Below the pieces are notes generated by a model. It worked only from the letters and a program-made list of their open reading frames with translations, ran no database searches and had not been told where the DNA came from. Of a stretch of 64,000 nt of DNA, positions 10,877 through 20,938 are shown piece by piece (position 1 is the first letter of the stretch; each line of letters begins with the position of its first letter). Origin of the DNA: Dehalococcoidia bacterium. GTDB lineage: Bacteria > Chloroflexota > Dehalococcoidia > UBA2979. The stretch spans positions 608,001-672,000 of the forward strand of contig OZ253555.1 of the NCBI GenBank assembly GCA_965262725.1. The letters run 5' to 3'. Position numbers and translations under genes: made by a program.

Positions 10877-11853
10877 CGCGCTCCTCCTTCGTCCGCGTCG
10901 TGCGGGTGGCGGCGGGGCCTCTCGACCCACTCTTCGGCGTGCCCCCCGGACGCCGCCGCGCGGATCCCCGCTCGCCGCCGCGCGCGGAGGCGCCGCCACC
11001 ACGAGCGGACGCCCTCAGCCGGGCGCCGCACGAGCCGCGCCTCGACCACATCGGCACCTCTCTCGTAGCCGAGGCGCCGGTAGGCGCGGACGGCGCGGGT
11101 GTTCGTGGGATCGACGGTGAGCACGATGAGCCCCAGTCCCTGGGCCAGCAGCGTGGCCGTGACGGCGCCGGTGACCCTCGTTCCGAGTCCGCGCGAGCGG
11201 TAGGACGGGTGCGTCATCACGTTGCCGACCACGCCGACGCCCCGCCCCGGCGAGACGACGTGGGTGCCGGCGACCGCCGCCAGCCGCCGCCCGTCGAACG
11301 CTCCCCAGTAGGGGAGGCGCTGCACGTCGGAGGCGGTGTAGTGGGCCGGGGCGCCGCCCGCCCGGTAGAGCTGGTTGAGCGCCGGGACATCGACGTCGCT
11401 CAGCCGGCGCAGCGGCAGCACGCCGGGATCGGCCGGCGCGTCCGGTGCCGGCCGGAACGAATCGGCGGTCGTCTGCATGCGGTGCATGACCAGTCGATCG
11501 GTTGCCTGATGGGTCTTCTCCAGGGCCGGAAGATGCTCGGGGGCGGCCGTGGCGAGGTACGAGGCCGACGGCCCCGGGTGCAGCGCGAGCGCGGCACCCA
11601 CCGCCGTCGGGTTGCCGATCAGGAGCATCGTCCGCCCATTCCCGCGCGCCTGCACCACGATCCCACTCGCCCCGTCGGCGCGCTGCGCCAGCCAGAAGCG
11701 CGCCCGCCCGAATCGAGCCGGGTCGAGCTGCGCGAGGGCGTACGCGCAGTACGCGCGGTCGCCGCCCATCGCCGTCTCCAGCTCGCCCGGATCGCGGCTC
11801 TCGCGGACGCGCACGAACTCGCTCTCCGCCCGGCGTCCCGGGGCTGCGGTCAT
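10873..11853 (-). CDS. GNAT family acetyltransferase
   Basis: [16 protein letters not shown] (motif A), N..A...Y..LGY (motif B). Confidence 0.85.
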   Translation of the reverse strand: MTAAPGRRAESEFVRVRESRDPGELETAMGGDRAYCAYALAQLDPARFGRARFWLAQRADGASGIVVQARGNGRTMLLIGNPTAVGAALALHPGPSASYLATAAPEHLPALEKTHQATDRLVMHRMQTTADSFRPAPDAPADPGVLPLRRLSDVDVPALNQLYRAGGAPAHYTASDVQRLPYWGAFDGRRLAAVAGTHVVSPGRGVGVVGNVMTHPSYRSRGLGTRVTGAVTATLLAQGLGLIVLTVDPTNTRAVRAYRRLGYERGADVVEARLVRRPAEGVRSWWRRLRARRRAGIRAAASGGHAEEWVERPRRHPHDADEGGAR

Positions 11854-12163
11854 CGTCGGCGAGCGGCCGTTCGGCCGGGGACGCAGCAGCGAGCGCCCGC
11901 AGCGCTCCCCGGCACCCCGCGCCCGAGCCGCGGTGGCCGCTCGCTCGCCCACTCGATGCGGACGGAGTGGCTGGTCGCGCCGCGTACTCTCGACGCGGCG
12001 CGGGGCGCCTCTGCCACCAGCGCTCCTTCGCCGCCCCCGGACGTCCCTCGCGCGACGCGCTCCCTGTGCGACGCCCGCCGTCGTCGACCGGAATAGAATA
12101 GCGGTGCGGCTGTGCTCGCGCCCGAGGGCGCCCATCTTCTCGGCAGCGTGTAGCATCGCGCGC

Positions 12164-13021
12164 GTGGAGGCCACCCCGCGACCCGTCGGCGGCGATCGGC
12201 CGCGCCCCGCTCGAGGCGCGGCGGCTGATCTGTTCTCCGCGCTGGTCCCCTTCTACGACCTCGACGTTGTGGGCTACGACGCCGATGTCGAGCTCTACGA
12301 GGTACTGGCGGGGCAGGTCAGCCGGTCCCCCGACAGACCCGCCCGCGTCCTGGAGCTCGGCTGCGGGACGGGACGCGTGGCGGCGGCGCTCGCCGCTGCC
12401 GGTCACCCGGTCACGGCGGTCGATGTGAGCAGGGCGATGCTCGCGCGGTGCCGGGAGCGCTGCGCCGGTCTCCCCGTGCGGATCCTGCACGGCGACATGC
12501 GCACGCTGGACCTCGACGAGCGCTTCCGACTCGTGCTCGTGCCGCTCGGCGGGCTGGAGCACCTGAAGAGCGCGGCCGATCTCGTGGGAGCGCTCACGAC
12601 CGTGGAGCATCACCTCGCACCCGGCGGGCTCGCCGTCGTCGATGTGGCAGCGCCGCAACCGGAGGATCTGGCGCCGGGAGTGCAGCCGCTGCTGGAGCAG
12701 TGGACGCGCGACCTTCCCGCTGCTGGCGGAGATCCCGGCGCCCGCGTGTCCAAGTTGGTCTCCGTGGAATCGCGGCCGTCGGAGAGCCTTCGCGACGTGA
12801 CGTGGCATTTCGACGTGCAGCCGCCCGGCGGTGCGCTCAGGCGCACCACCCTGCGCTTCGCACTCCGTATGATCACCGCGGGAGAGCTCGAACTCGCGGC
12901 GGTGCTCGCAGGGCTTCGGGTGACGGGGTGGTACGAAGACTACGATCTCACGCCGCTCTCCGACGGCGCGGAACGTATCGTCGTGGCGCTGCGCCGGTCG
13001 CGGCGGCGGGGGCGCTCATGA
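12164..13021 (+). CDS. Class I SAM-dependent methyltransferase
   Basis: VLELGCGTGR, VDVS..ML, GDMR; start uncertain. Confidence 0.85.
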   Translation: MEATPRPVGGDRPRPARGAAADLFSALVPFYDLDVVGYDADVELYEVLAGQVSRSPDRPARVLELGCGTGRVAAALAAAGHPVTAVDVSRAMLARCRERCAGLPVRILHGDMRTLDLDERFRLVLVPLGGLEHLKSAADLVGALTTVEHHLAPGGLAVVDVAAPQPEDLAPGVQPLLEQWTRDLPAAGGDPGARVSKLVSVESRPSESLRDVTWHFDVQPPGGALRRTTLRFALRMITAGELELAAVLAGLRVTGWYEDYDLTPLSDGAERIVVALRRSRRRGRS

Positions 13022-13025
13022 GGGG

Positions 13026-14066
13026 ATGGCCGTGTCGCGGGTAGCGCTTGACGCGATGGGTGGCGACGACGCCCCCGCTGTGACCGTGGCGGGAGCGCTG
13101 CGCGCCGCGGCGGCGGGGATCGACGTGGCTCTCGTCGGCGACGAGGCAGAGGTGGAGCGGGAGCTCGACCGAGCTCTCGCGGACGCGGATGCGGGCGGGC
13201 AGGACGCGGGTGGGGCGAGGGAGCGCCTCCGCATCGTCCACGCGCCCGATCGCATCGGGATGGAGGAGCACTCCGCCCGCGAGGCGCGCTCGCGGCGCGA
13301 TTCCTCGATCTACGTTGGCACCGATCTCGTGCAGCGCGGCGAGGCCGACGCCTTCGTCTCCGCCGGCAACACCGGGGCGGTGCTCGCGACCGCCCTGGTG
13401 TTGCTCGGGCGTCTCCCGGGCGTGGAGCGGCCGGCGCTTGGCGTGGTGCTCCCCACGACGAGCGGCCCGCGTCTGCTGGTGGACGCCGGCGCGAACGCCG
13501 AGTCGCGTGCGTCCCACCTCGTGCAGTTCGCCCACCTGGGCGACGCGTACGCGCGCGTCGCGCTCGGCGTGACGCGACCGCGCGTGGCGTTGCTCTCGAT
13601 CGGCGGCGAGGCGAGCAAGGGTTCGTCGACGGTCGTGGACGCGCACGCCGCGCTCGCCGCGACGGACCTCCACTTCGTCGGCAATGTCGAGGGACACGAC
13701 CTGATCGCCACGAGTGCGGCCGATGTGATCGTTGCCGACGGCTTCTCGGGCAACGTCGCCCTGAAGTCGATAGAGGGCGTCATCGCGATGCTCTGGGAGG
13801 AACTGGCGTCCGTCGCACGCTCCTCCGCGCGGGGGCGGCTCGGCGGCTGGTTGCTCATGCCGGAACTGCGGACCACGATGCGGCGGCTCGACTACCGCCG
13901 CTACGGCGGCGCGCCGCTGCTCGGCGTGGGCGGGCTCGTCTATGTCGCGCACGGTCGCTCGGACGCGCGCGCGATCGAGAGCGCCCTGCGCAGCGCGTCG
14001 GAGGGCGTGCGCTCGGGACTGCTCGCGACGATCGCCGGTTCGGTGGCGCCGGCCGCCTCGTCGTAG
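13026..14066 (+). CDS. plsX: Phosphate acyltransferase PlsX
   Basis: ALDAMGGDDAP, SAGNTGA, DAGAN, DGFSGNVALK, YGGAPLLG. Confidence 0.95.
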   Translation: MAVSRVALDAMGGDDAPAVTVAGALRAAAAGIDVALVGDEAEVERELDRALADADAGGQDAGGARERLRIVHAPDRIGMEEHSAREARSRRDSSIYVGTDLVQRGEADAFVSAGNTGAVLATALVLLGRLPGVERPALGVVLPTTSGPRLLVDAGANAESRASHLVQFAHLGDAYARVALGVTRPRVALLSIGGEASKGSSTVVDAHAALAATDLHFVGNVEGHDLIATSAADVIVADGFSGNVALKSIEGVIAMLWEELASVARSSARGRLGGWLLMPELRTTMRRLDYRRYGGAPLLGVGGLVYVAHGRSDARAIESALRSASEGVRSGLLATIAGSVAPAASS

Positions 14067-14127
14067 GGGCGGCCCCTCGTGTCGTGGGATCGGCGAAGAG
14101 GCCGGCCGGCGGCCGGGCGAGGTCCTG

Positions 14128-14460
14128 CTACTCGGGCTGGATCGGAATCGCCTCGACGGTGCCGGGTACCTCGTTGAGCCCGAGGCCCCCCGATCCGGGG
14201 GCGAAGCGCCACCACAGCCGCATCGAGTCGCGCAGCGCGTCCACCTGATCTGTCGGATCGTCACCGGGAAGACAGTTGCCGAGGTGGTCGTCCAGCACGA
14301 GCGCGCCGACCGTGTCGATGCCGGAGCGTATCGCCATGAGCTGCGTCACGACCTCCTCGCAGGATCGATCATCGTCGAGCATTCTCGCGATGCCGCGGAC
14401 CTGGCCCTCGATGCGGCGCAGCCGCGCGCGCATCGGATCCGGACGGGTGCCATCGGTCAT
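14128..14460 (-). CDS. csoR: CsoR/RcnR-family metal-sensing repressor
   Basis: RLRRIEGQVRGIARM...C...H...C (x-C-H-C fingerprint). Confidence 0.88.
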   Translation of the reverse strand: MTDGTRPDPMRARLRRIEGQVRGIARMLDDDRSCEEVVTQLMAIRSGIDTVGALVLDDHLGNCLPGDDPTDQVDALRDSMRLWWRFAPGSGGLGLNEVPGTVEAIPIQPE

Positions 14461-14528
14461 GATCCATCCCTCGTTCGCCGCCGGGCCCGCGGGGCCCCGT
14501 CCTCGCCCGGCCCACCGCATGCTGCCGG

Positions 14529-14584
14529 TTGACATACCCCTTAGGGGTATCTAGAATACTAGGCGACCACCTCGCGCCTGTCAA
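14529..14584. promoter_or_regulatory. Overlapping divergent sigma70-type promoters with a CsoR-type operator
   Basis: Plus strand TTGACA(14529)-17-TAGAAT(14552); minus strand TTGACA(14584)-17-TAGTAT(14561); palindrome ATACCCC-TTA-GGGGTAT at 14534-14550. Confidence 0.85.
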
Positions 14585-14672
14585 TCACGCTCGTGACCGT
14601 CTCGGCGGGCGGGGGCTGTGAGATGATCCGGTACACTGGTCCGCGACAAGCGCCCATGGCACGGAAGGACAG

Positions 14673-15002
14673 ATGATGGCTCATCCTGCCGACACGACAG
14701 ACGACACGTTCGACCAGGACGTCGTGCAGAGCGATCTCCCCGTGATGGTCGACTTCTGGGCGCCGTGGTGTGGGCCGTGCCGCATGGTCGCGCCGCTCGT
14801 AGAGGAACTCGCCGACGAGTACGACGGACGCGTGAAATTCGTGAAGCTCAACACGGACGAGAACCCGCGCGTCGCCGGGCAGTTCGGGATCCGCTCGATT
14901 CCCACGCTTCTGGTGTTCAAGGGCGGCAAGCCGGTGGGGCAGATCGTGGGCTTCCGGCCGAAGAGCGACCTCGCCAAGCATCTCGAGGCGGCGCTGGTCT
15001 AG
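14673..15002 (+). CDS. trxA: Thioredoxin
   Basis: [16 protein letters not shown]. Confidence 0.96.
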   Translation: MMAHPADTTDDTFDQDVVQSDLPVMVDFWAPWCGPCRMVAPLVEELADEYDGRVKFVKLNTDENPRVAGQFGIRSIPTLLVFKGGKPVGQIVGFRPKSDLAKHLEAALV

Positions 15003-15063
15003 CAGGTCAGTCCGGGGCGACACCGGGGAACGGGTCCGACCAGAGACGCCGGGTCCGGCGCCG

Positions 15064-15570
15064 CTACGTGAGTTGGCGGTCGGCCCGGGTCGACTTGTCG
15101 ATGCGGCGCCCCTGCTTCTCTTCCGCCCGTGCCAGCGCGCGACCGCGCTCCGGGTTCGGATCCGGAAGCACGCCGTAGATCGCGCGTCCCTCGTGGTCCG
15201 CGGGAAGATGCTCGGTGACCGGAAGACCTTCCGGCGTGCAGAACAGCAGTCAGTGGCAGTACTTCCACCGCTGCATCTCCTCGCAGGGGCAGATCCACGT
15301 CGAGCGCGTCGCCTCCTCTGCCTTGTCGGTGTAGAAGTTGCACGGGCAGAGGGGACGCCCCACCTCGTCGATGTGCTTCGCGAGCCCGATGACGAGGAAC
15401 TCGGTGATCTCGCGCTGCGGGTGCAGGTAGCTCCCGCTCTTGCGGGCGAACGACGTCACGAAGCGGGACATCTTCTCGATGTTGCGGGGGTCGGCCTGCG
15501 CGCGATCGGCGTCGGTGACCTGATCGACAGCGTATGCCTGGGCGTCACCCGATCCGGTGCTGTCGCTCAC
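15064..15570 (-). CDS. Ferredoxin:thioredoxin reductase catalytic subunit, predicted selenoprotein (UGA at 15250-15252 read as Sec; 168 aa)
   Basis: CPC...CPC...CH[UGA]LLF matches the FTR CPC/CPC/CHC pattern; the frame stays open to TAG at 15064; SECIS-like hairpin follows. Confidence 0.88.
15219..15234 (-). promoter_or_regulatory. Bacterial SECIS element
   Basis: CCGGAA-GGUC-UUCCGG hairpin starting 15 nt after the in-frame UGA; the G-first apical loop resembles the E. coli fdhF SECIS. Confidence 0.8.
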
Positions 15571-15747
15571 CGGCCGCTCCCCCGTTGCACGCGGTGCCTG
15601 TCAGTATGGTGACGGCCGGACGTGAGGCACAAGCGGGACCGTGGCGGCGTGGTGCGCGGGGACCCGGGCTCCGCGGTCGGTCCACAGTGGGCCGTGACTC
15701 GGACCGGCGGGTGCCCGGCGGCGGGTGGAAGCGGGGACGGTGATCCC

Positions 15748-16677
15748 GTGGACGATATCGACATCGCTATCGTGGGCGGGGGGCCGACCGGACTCGCCGC
15801 GGGCCTCTACGCTGCGCGGGCGCGCCGCCGTACGGTGCTCTGGGAGCGGGCCGTGCTCGGCGGGCAGATCGCGCTCACCTCGCTGGTTGAGAACTATCCG
15901 GGTTTCGCCGACGGCGTCCTGGGTCCGGACCTCAGCATCGACATGCACCACCAGGCCGAGAAGTTCGGCATGGAGACGCTCTACGGCAGCGTCGACGGGC
16001 TGCGTCGCGAGCCGCCCCACTACGTGCTCAGCACCTCGGACGGCGAGGTGCGTGCGAAGACGGTGATCGTCGCGGCCGGGGCGGATCCCGTGAAGCTGGG
16101 CGTGCCGGGCGAGGAGGCGCTCACCGGCCGCGGCGTCTCCTACTGCGCGACGTGCGATGCGGCCTTCTTCGCAGACGAGGTCGTCGCGGTCGTCGGCGGC
16201 GGCGACGCCGCGGTGGAGGAAGCGATCTTCACCACGCGCTACGCCCGCCGCGTCTACCTCATCCACCGTCGCGATCGGCTCCGTGCCTCGACGATCCTCC
16301 AGCAGCGCGGGCTCTCCAACGAGAAGATCGAGCCGATCTGGAGCACGGTGGTCGAGGAGATCCGGGGCACAGGGGATGCCCAGGTCGCGGCGCTGGCGCT
16401 CCGCCACGTCGTGAGCGGTGAGACGCGGGATCTGCCCGTCGCGGGCGTCTTCATCTTCATTGGGCACCGCCCCAGTACGGAGCTGCTGGCGGGCCTGGTG
16501 CCGCTGGATGGAGGCGGCCACGCCTACGTCAACCTCTGGATGGAGACCGGGCAGCCGGGTCTGTTCGCGGCCGGCGACGTGCGCGTCGACTCGGCGCGCC
16601 AACTCGCGACAGCCGCCGGAGACGGCGTGACCGCGGCCGTACGGGCCGAGCACTACCTGCAACAACACTTCGACTAG
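15748..16677 (+). CDS. trxB: NADPH-dependent thioredoxin reductase
   Basis: GGGPTG, ENYPGF, CATCD, GGGDAA, HRRDRLR, FAAGD. Confidence 0.95.
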   Translation: MDDIDIAIVGGGPTGLAAGLYAARARRRTVLWERAVLGGQIALTSLVENYPGFADGVLGPDLSIDMHHQAEKFGMETLYGSVDGLRREPPHYVLSTSDGEVRAKTVIVAAGADPVKLGVPGEEALTGRGVSYCATCDAAFFADEVVAVVGGGDAAVEEAIFTTRYARRVYLIHRRDRLRASTILQQRGLSNEKIEPIWSTVVEEIRGTGDAQVAALALRHVVSGETRDLPVAGVFIFIGHRPSTELLAGLVPLDGGGHAYVNLWMETGQPGLFAAGDVRVDSARQLATAAGDGVTAAVRAEHYLQQHFD

Positions 16678-16779
16678 CGGCTCGCCGGTGGGGACCGAGC
16701 GACGGCGGCCGATCGCCGCATCCGTCGCGGCGCCGCCGGCGAGCACAGCCCCGCGTCCGGGTTCCGCCTCCCCGTCGCT

Positions 16780-16797
16780 CCTTAACGGGGCCTTAAC
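16780..16797 (+). promoter_or_regulatory. Putative Pho-box-like direct repeat
   Basis: CCTTAAC twice at 11-bp spacing, about 70 bp upstream of pstS. Confidence 0.5.
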
Positions 16798-16867
16798 TGG
16801 CCGTGCCGAGACTCGCAGGTGTGGGTGGGCGAAACAATACGGAGTGGTGAGAAGGAGGGGACTCTTG

Positions 16868-17860
16868 ATGAGAGTGGTTCGGAGCCTCCGGCGACTGGAG
16901 CGCCTGCTCCTGCTGATGCTGGTGGGGGCAGCGCTGTCGCTGGCCGCCGCCTGCGACGGTGATGACGACACGGGCAGCACAGGGACCTCTGGCGCGAGCA
17001 GCGCTGCGCCCTCGCTCTCCGGCGCGGTCACCCTTGATGGTTCCAGCACCGTCTTCCCTGTGTCCGAAGCGGTTGCTGAGGAGTTCGGCAAGCGCCACTC
17101 GGACGTTCGCGTGACCGTGGGTGTGTCGGGCACCGGCGGTGGCTTCCAGAAGTTCTGCGCCGGCGAGACTGACATCTCCGACGCGTCGCGGCCGATCGAG
17201 GACTCGGAGCGTGAGGCGTGCGCCGCGGCGGGGATCGACTTCATCGAGCTGCGCGTGGGCCTCGATGGGCTCGCCGTGGTCGCCAACCCCGAGGCCGACT
17301 GGCTGACCGGCATCACGCTCGGGGAGCTCAACATCCTCTGGGGTCCGGAGGCCGAGGGGACCATCACCCGCTGGAACCAGGTGCGCGCGAGCTGGCCGGA
17401 TGAGGAGATCACGCTTTTCGGGCCGGACGTCGATTCGGGGACGTTCGACTTCTTCACCGAGGAAGTGAACGGCGAGTCCAAGGCGTCGCGGGCCGACTAC
17501 ACGAACTCGGCGGCTGACAACGTGCTCGTCATCGGCATCTCGGGCTCGAAGGGCGCGGCCGGCTACTTCGGCTACGCGTACTACGCGGAGAACGCGGACA
17601 AGCTCCGCATCGTCCCGGTCGAGGGCGTGACCCCGTCCGACGCGACGGTCGGAGACGGCAGCTACCCGCTCGCCCGGCCGCTCTTCATCTACGTCACGAA
17701 GCAGTCGCTCACGAAGCCGCAGGTGCGGGAGTTCGTGCGCTACTACCTGAGCGACGAGGGCATCCCGCTCGTCTCCGATGTGGGCTACACGAACATCCCC
17801 ACCTCTGAACTCGAGCAGGCACGGGCGACGCTTGAGGCTGCGATCGCGGAGGTGAGCTAG
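16868..17860 (+). CDS. pstS: Phosphate ABC transporter substrate-binding lipoprotein
   Basis: Lipobox AAAC; DGSSTVFP, SGTGGGF, DSGTFDFF, YPLARPLFIY. Confidence 0.92.
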   Translation: MRVVRSLRRLERLLLLMLVGAALSLAAACDGDDDTGSTGTSGASSAAPSLSGAVTLDGSSTVFPVSEAVAEEFGKRHSDVRVTVGVSGTGGGFQKFCAGETDISDASRPIEDSEREACAAAGIDFIELRVGLDGLAVVANPEADWLTGITLGELNILWGPEAEGTITRWNQVRASWPDEEITLFGPDVDSGTFDFFTEEVNGESKASRADYTNSAADNVLVIGISGSKGAAGYFGYAYYAENADKLRIVPVEGVTPSDATVGDGSYPLARPLFIYVTKQSLTKPQVREFVRYYLSDEGIPLVSDVGYTNIPTSELEQARATLEAAIAEVS

Positions 17861-18196
17861 CCCGAACGGACTCCACCCGGACGGTCACTCACTGGGTCCC
17901 CGGCACGCGGGACGACCGCGTGCCGGGGGTCTCCTCCATCTGCGGTACATGTCTGGCGCGCGCCTGAATCTTTCACCACCGCCGCGACAGGGTCGGTGTT
18001 CTCCCCGCAGGTGGGACGCGCTCGATTCGGCGTGCTCGCGGCTGGGCCGGGGCGAGATCGGCGGCAGGCCGGGCGATCACTCCGCGATCGGATGCTCAGC
18101 GTCCGATCCTCGCTCGCCACTGGTGACCGCGCTGCGATAGCGTGTGGGTGGCTGGCGCGGCCCGGTGCGCGCCGCCTGGCGGAGCCGGAGGTAGGC

Positions 18197-18730
18197 GTGG
18201 TCGACTGGCGTGGTTTCGGGACCGAGGAGTGGGGCGCCGGCCGGCCGGCGGAGAGCCCCGCTGCGAGCGTCCCCGACTCATCGCCGGAGCAACCCGAACC
18301 CTCTCCCGGCGACGGGGAGGGCATGGAGGCGGCGTCGCCCCAGCCCGACGAAAGCCGGGAGGAGCCGGGTGAGACCGTCGCCGGGACCCTGGTCACCGGG
18401 GATGAGGCGCAGTTCCTGCGGGAGCGCATCGAGCAACTGGAGCGCTCGGTCGACCGGTTGGAGCAGCTGGTCGGGCGAGCGCAGGAGCTGCACCTCGCCG
18501 AGCAGCGCGCCCACGATGAGACGCGGCACCAGCTCACGGAGGCACAGGCACGCGTGATCGGGCTGCTTGAGGCTCCCCGCGAGGCGCCTACGCCATCACC
18601 CGGCGGCGGCGCGCCGACGGCATCCGCGACGCGGTCACACTCGGCGCCGCTCGCGTCGAGCGCGGCCGCAATCGTGACGCGGGACCTGCGCGTCGGATTG
18701 ATACGCCTCTCGCGCTGGCTGCGGGGGTAG
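18197..18730 (+). CDS. Hypothetical coiled-coil protein
   Basis: GGAGGT ribosome-binding site then GTG; heptad-like segment FLRERIEQLERSVDRLEQLV. Confidence 0.5.
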   Translation: MVDWRGFGTEEWGAGRPAESPAASVPDSSPEQPEPSPGDGEGMEAASPQPDESREEPGETVAGTLVTGDEAQFLRERIEQLERSVDRLEQLVGRAQELHLAEQRAHDETRHQLTEAQARVIGLLEAPREAPTPSPGGGAPTASATRSHSAPLASSAAAIVTRDLRVGLIRLSRWLRG

Positions 18731-18841
18731 CCGGAGCTGCACACAGCTCTGGCTGCAGCGCCACGCTGCGGCGTTGGGTCCGACCTGAGCGAGACCTGCG
18801 GTGGAGGACCGGCCTGCCGTGGGCGGCCGGCCCATCCGCCG

Positions 18842-20239
18842 TCAGGCGGCGGGGGGCGGTCCCGCGTCGGTGTCCCGTGGTCCGTCTCCGGCACGCGCCT
18901 CTCGCTCCTCCGCCTCGGCGAGGATCGACTCAATCCCGCGACCCATGTCGCCGCGTGCCGACCTGAGCACGTCGTCCACAAACGTCCGTACGTCCGCGTG
19001 CTCGGCGCCGAGGTGATCGAGGACGCGCGTTGCCACCTCAAGACCCGACTCCAGTTCCTCGTGCACGACGAGATCGGCACCCAGCCGCAGGAGCGCCGCG
19101 CGATCGGCGACGTAGCGTGAGCGCACGACTATGAAGACGTCTGGCGCGAGTCGTCGGGCGACGGCGACGGCGCGCCGCGCCGCATCGCATCGGGGTCGTT
19201 GATCAGCAGAACGAGGACGCGCGAGCGCTCGATCCCGGCATAGCTCAGAGTCTCCAGGCTCGACGGGTCGCCGTAGTAGACCGGCGCCCCCGACGCATGC
19301 GCGCTCCTCACGCGCTCGGCGCTGAGTTCCAGGACGATGCGAGGGACCCCGGCCTCCCCCAGAGCGTGGCTGAGCAGGCGTCCGGCCACGCCGAAGCCCG
19401 CCAGCACGACATGACCGTGCATCGAGCGGACGACGGGTGCTGCCATCGTCGATGGATCGCGTTCTCATGAGCCGCTCGAGCGGCCGCAGAGCGGCTTCTC
19501 CGGCCCGCAGCCGCGGTGCGAGCCCCATCGCGACACGCGAGGCCACCATCGACACGACGCCGGCGGTGACGACGAGCCGCACCTCTCCGGAGCTGATCAA
19601 CGCGTGGTCTTCGGCCAGGACCAGGATGACGAACCCGAATTCTCCGAACTGTGCGAGGCTCACGGCCGCAAGCTAGGCGGCGCGCGGCGGGTAGCGCATC
19701 AGCGTCGCCGTGACGGCGGTCACGACGGTCTTCCCGAGGAGGAGCGCCGCAACTATCGCGAGGATCGTCACCGGCTCGTCGAGGAAGAGCCCGGGGTCCA
19801 CGAGCATCCCCAGTGAGACGAAGAAGATGCTCAGCAGCACGTCGCGTAGCGGCAGCGCCGTGGCGACTGCGCGCTCTCCGTAGCCGGCGTCGGCGAGCAT
19901 CATCCCTGCGAGCAGAGCCCCGAGCGAGAGAGAGAGGCCGATAGCGGACATGGCCCACGCTGTCCTGAGCCCGACGCTGAGAACCGCCAGCAGGAAGATC
20001 TCGCGACTCTGGGCGGCGTCGATGAGGCGGAACAATCGGGGCACGACGATGCGCGCGCCGACCATCGTGGCCGAGATGGCGACCACCGCGGTGAGCAGCG
20101 CCACCCCCCCGGCACGGAACGCCGCCGGACCGCTCTCCCCGGCGAGCACCGGCACGAGCAAGATGAGCGGCACGACGACGACCGCCAACCAGCCGACGAT
20201 CGCGAGATCGCGGACGAGGGTCGTGTCTTCCACTGCCAC
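18842..20239 (-). pseudogene. Cation:proton antiporter (KefC/YbaL-like) with TrkA-N domain, disrupted
   Basis: LSLSLGALLAG, LRDVLLSIFFVSLG, LAQFGEFGFV, GFGVAG, YGD split over three frames; stop at 19673; N-terminus missing. Confidence 0.85.
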
Positions 20240-20375
20240 CGCCTCGGTTCACCGCCCGTCGGCCGGGTTCACGGAGCGTGCATGAGGGATTGCCGCGAGA
20301 CGCGCGCGTCGCCGATTGGGGAGCGCCCAGAGAGCCCCGACTCGAGTCCGACGGCCTGTCGCAGCGGATGGCGTT

Positions 20376-20633
20376 CTAGCCGCTGCCGACCTTCTTCCAG
20401 TACAGGACCTGCTGCTTCGAATCCTCCCACGATGACCGGATCCGGATGCTGGACCGGCGTGCCGCATCTTGCAGCAGTCGCTTCACGGACGCTGGATTCT
20501 CGCCTCGCTCAAGTTCGATTCTCCCGGCGTGGCCCGCCTGCAGTGCTTCGATGTACGGCTTGCGGGCTTCCTGAGCTGATCGGCCGCGGCCCACGCCCAC
20601 ATCACTCGGGTTGAGTCTCGTGAAAACCGGCAT
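20376..20633 (-). CDS. Small basic hypothetical protein
   Basis: 85-aa ORF MPVFTRL...YWKKVGSG with GGGAGG ribosome-binding site. Confidence 0.65.
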   Translation of the reverse strand: MPVFTRLNPSDVGVGRGRSAQEARKPYIEALQAGHAGRIELERGENPASVKRLLQDAARRSSIRIRSSWEDSKQQVLYWKKVGSG

Positions 20634-20938
20634 CGAATCCTCCCAACAAGATCGCACCACACCATATGGTGCAATGGACGGAAACAGACCGCTAAAGCGA
20701 CTCTCCGCCCACCATTTGCTATCGAGGATATCACATCCTATTCACGCGGCGATACGTACACGTTCCAGCGCTAAACTCAGGTGAGATCATCGTGCATTGT
20801 CGGTTGTCAGTACTAACTCGCGGGGTGGGTGGGTTCGCCCGGTGTCGATCGCCAGGGTCATTGAGCCACGCGTCGCCACGGTCATTGGACCACCCGGGAC
20901 GCCGGTAGGCGGCTTGATATCAGTGAGCGTCTAGCGCG

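Noticed and set aside
15250-15570. FTR as a truncated 106-aa protein or pseudogene
   Set aside because: The UGA aligns with a catalytic Cys, the family motif continues and a SECIS-like hairpin follows
19673-19675. Recoded TAG in the antiporter
   Set aside because: Accompanied by frameshifts and a missing N-terminus, so simple decay explains it
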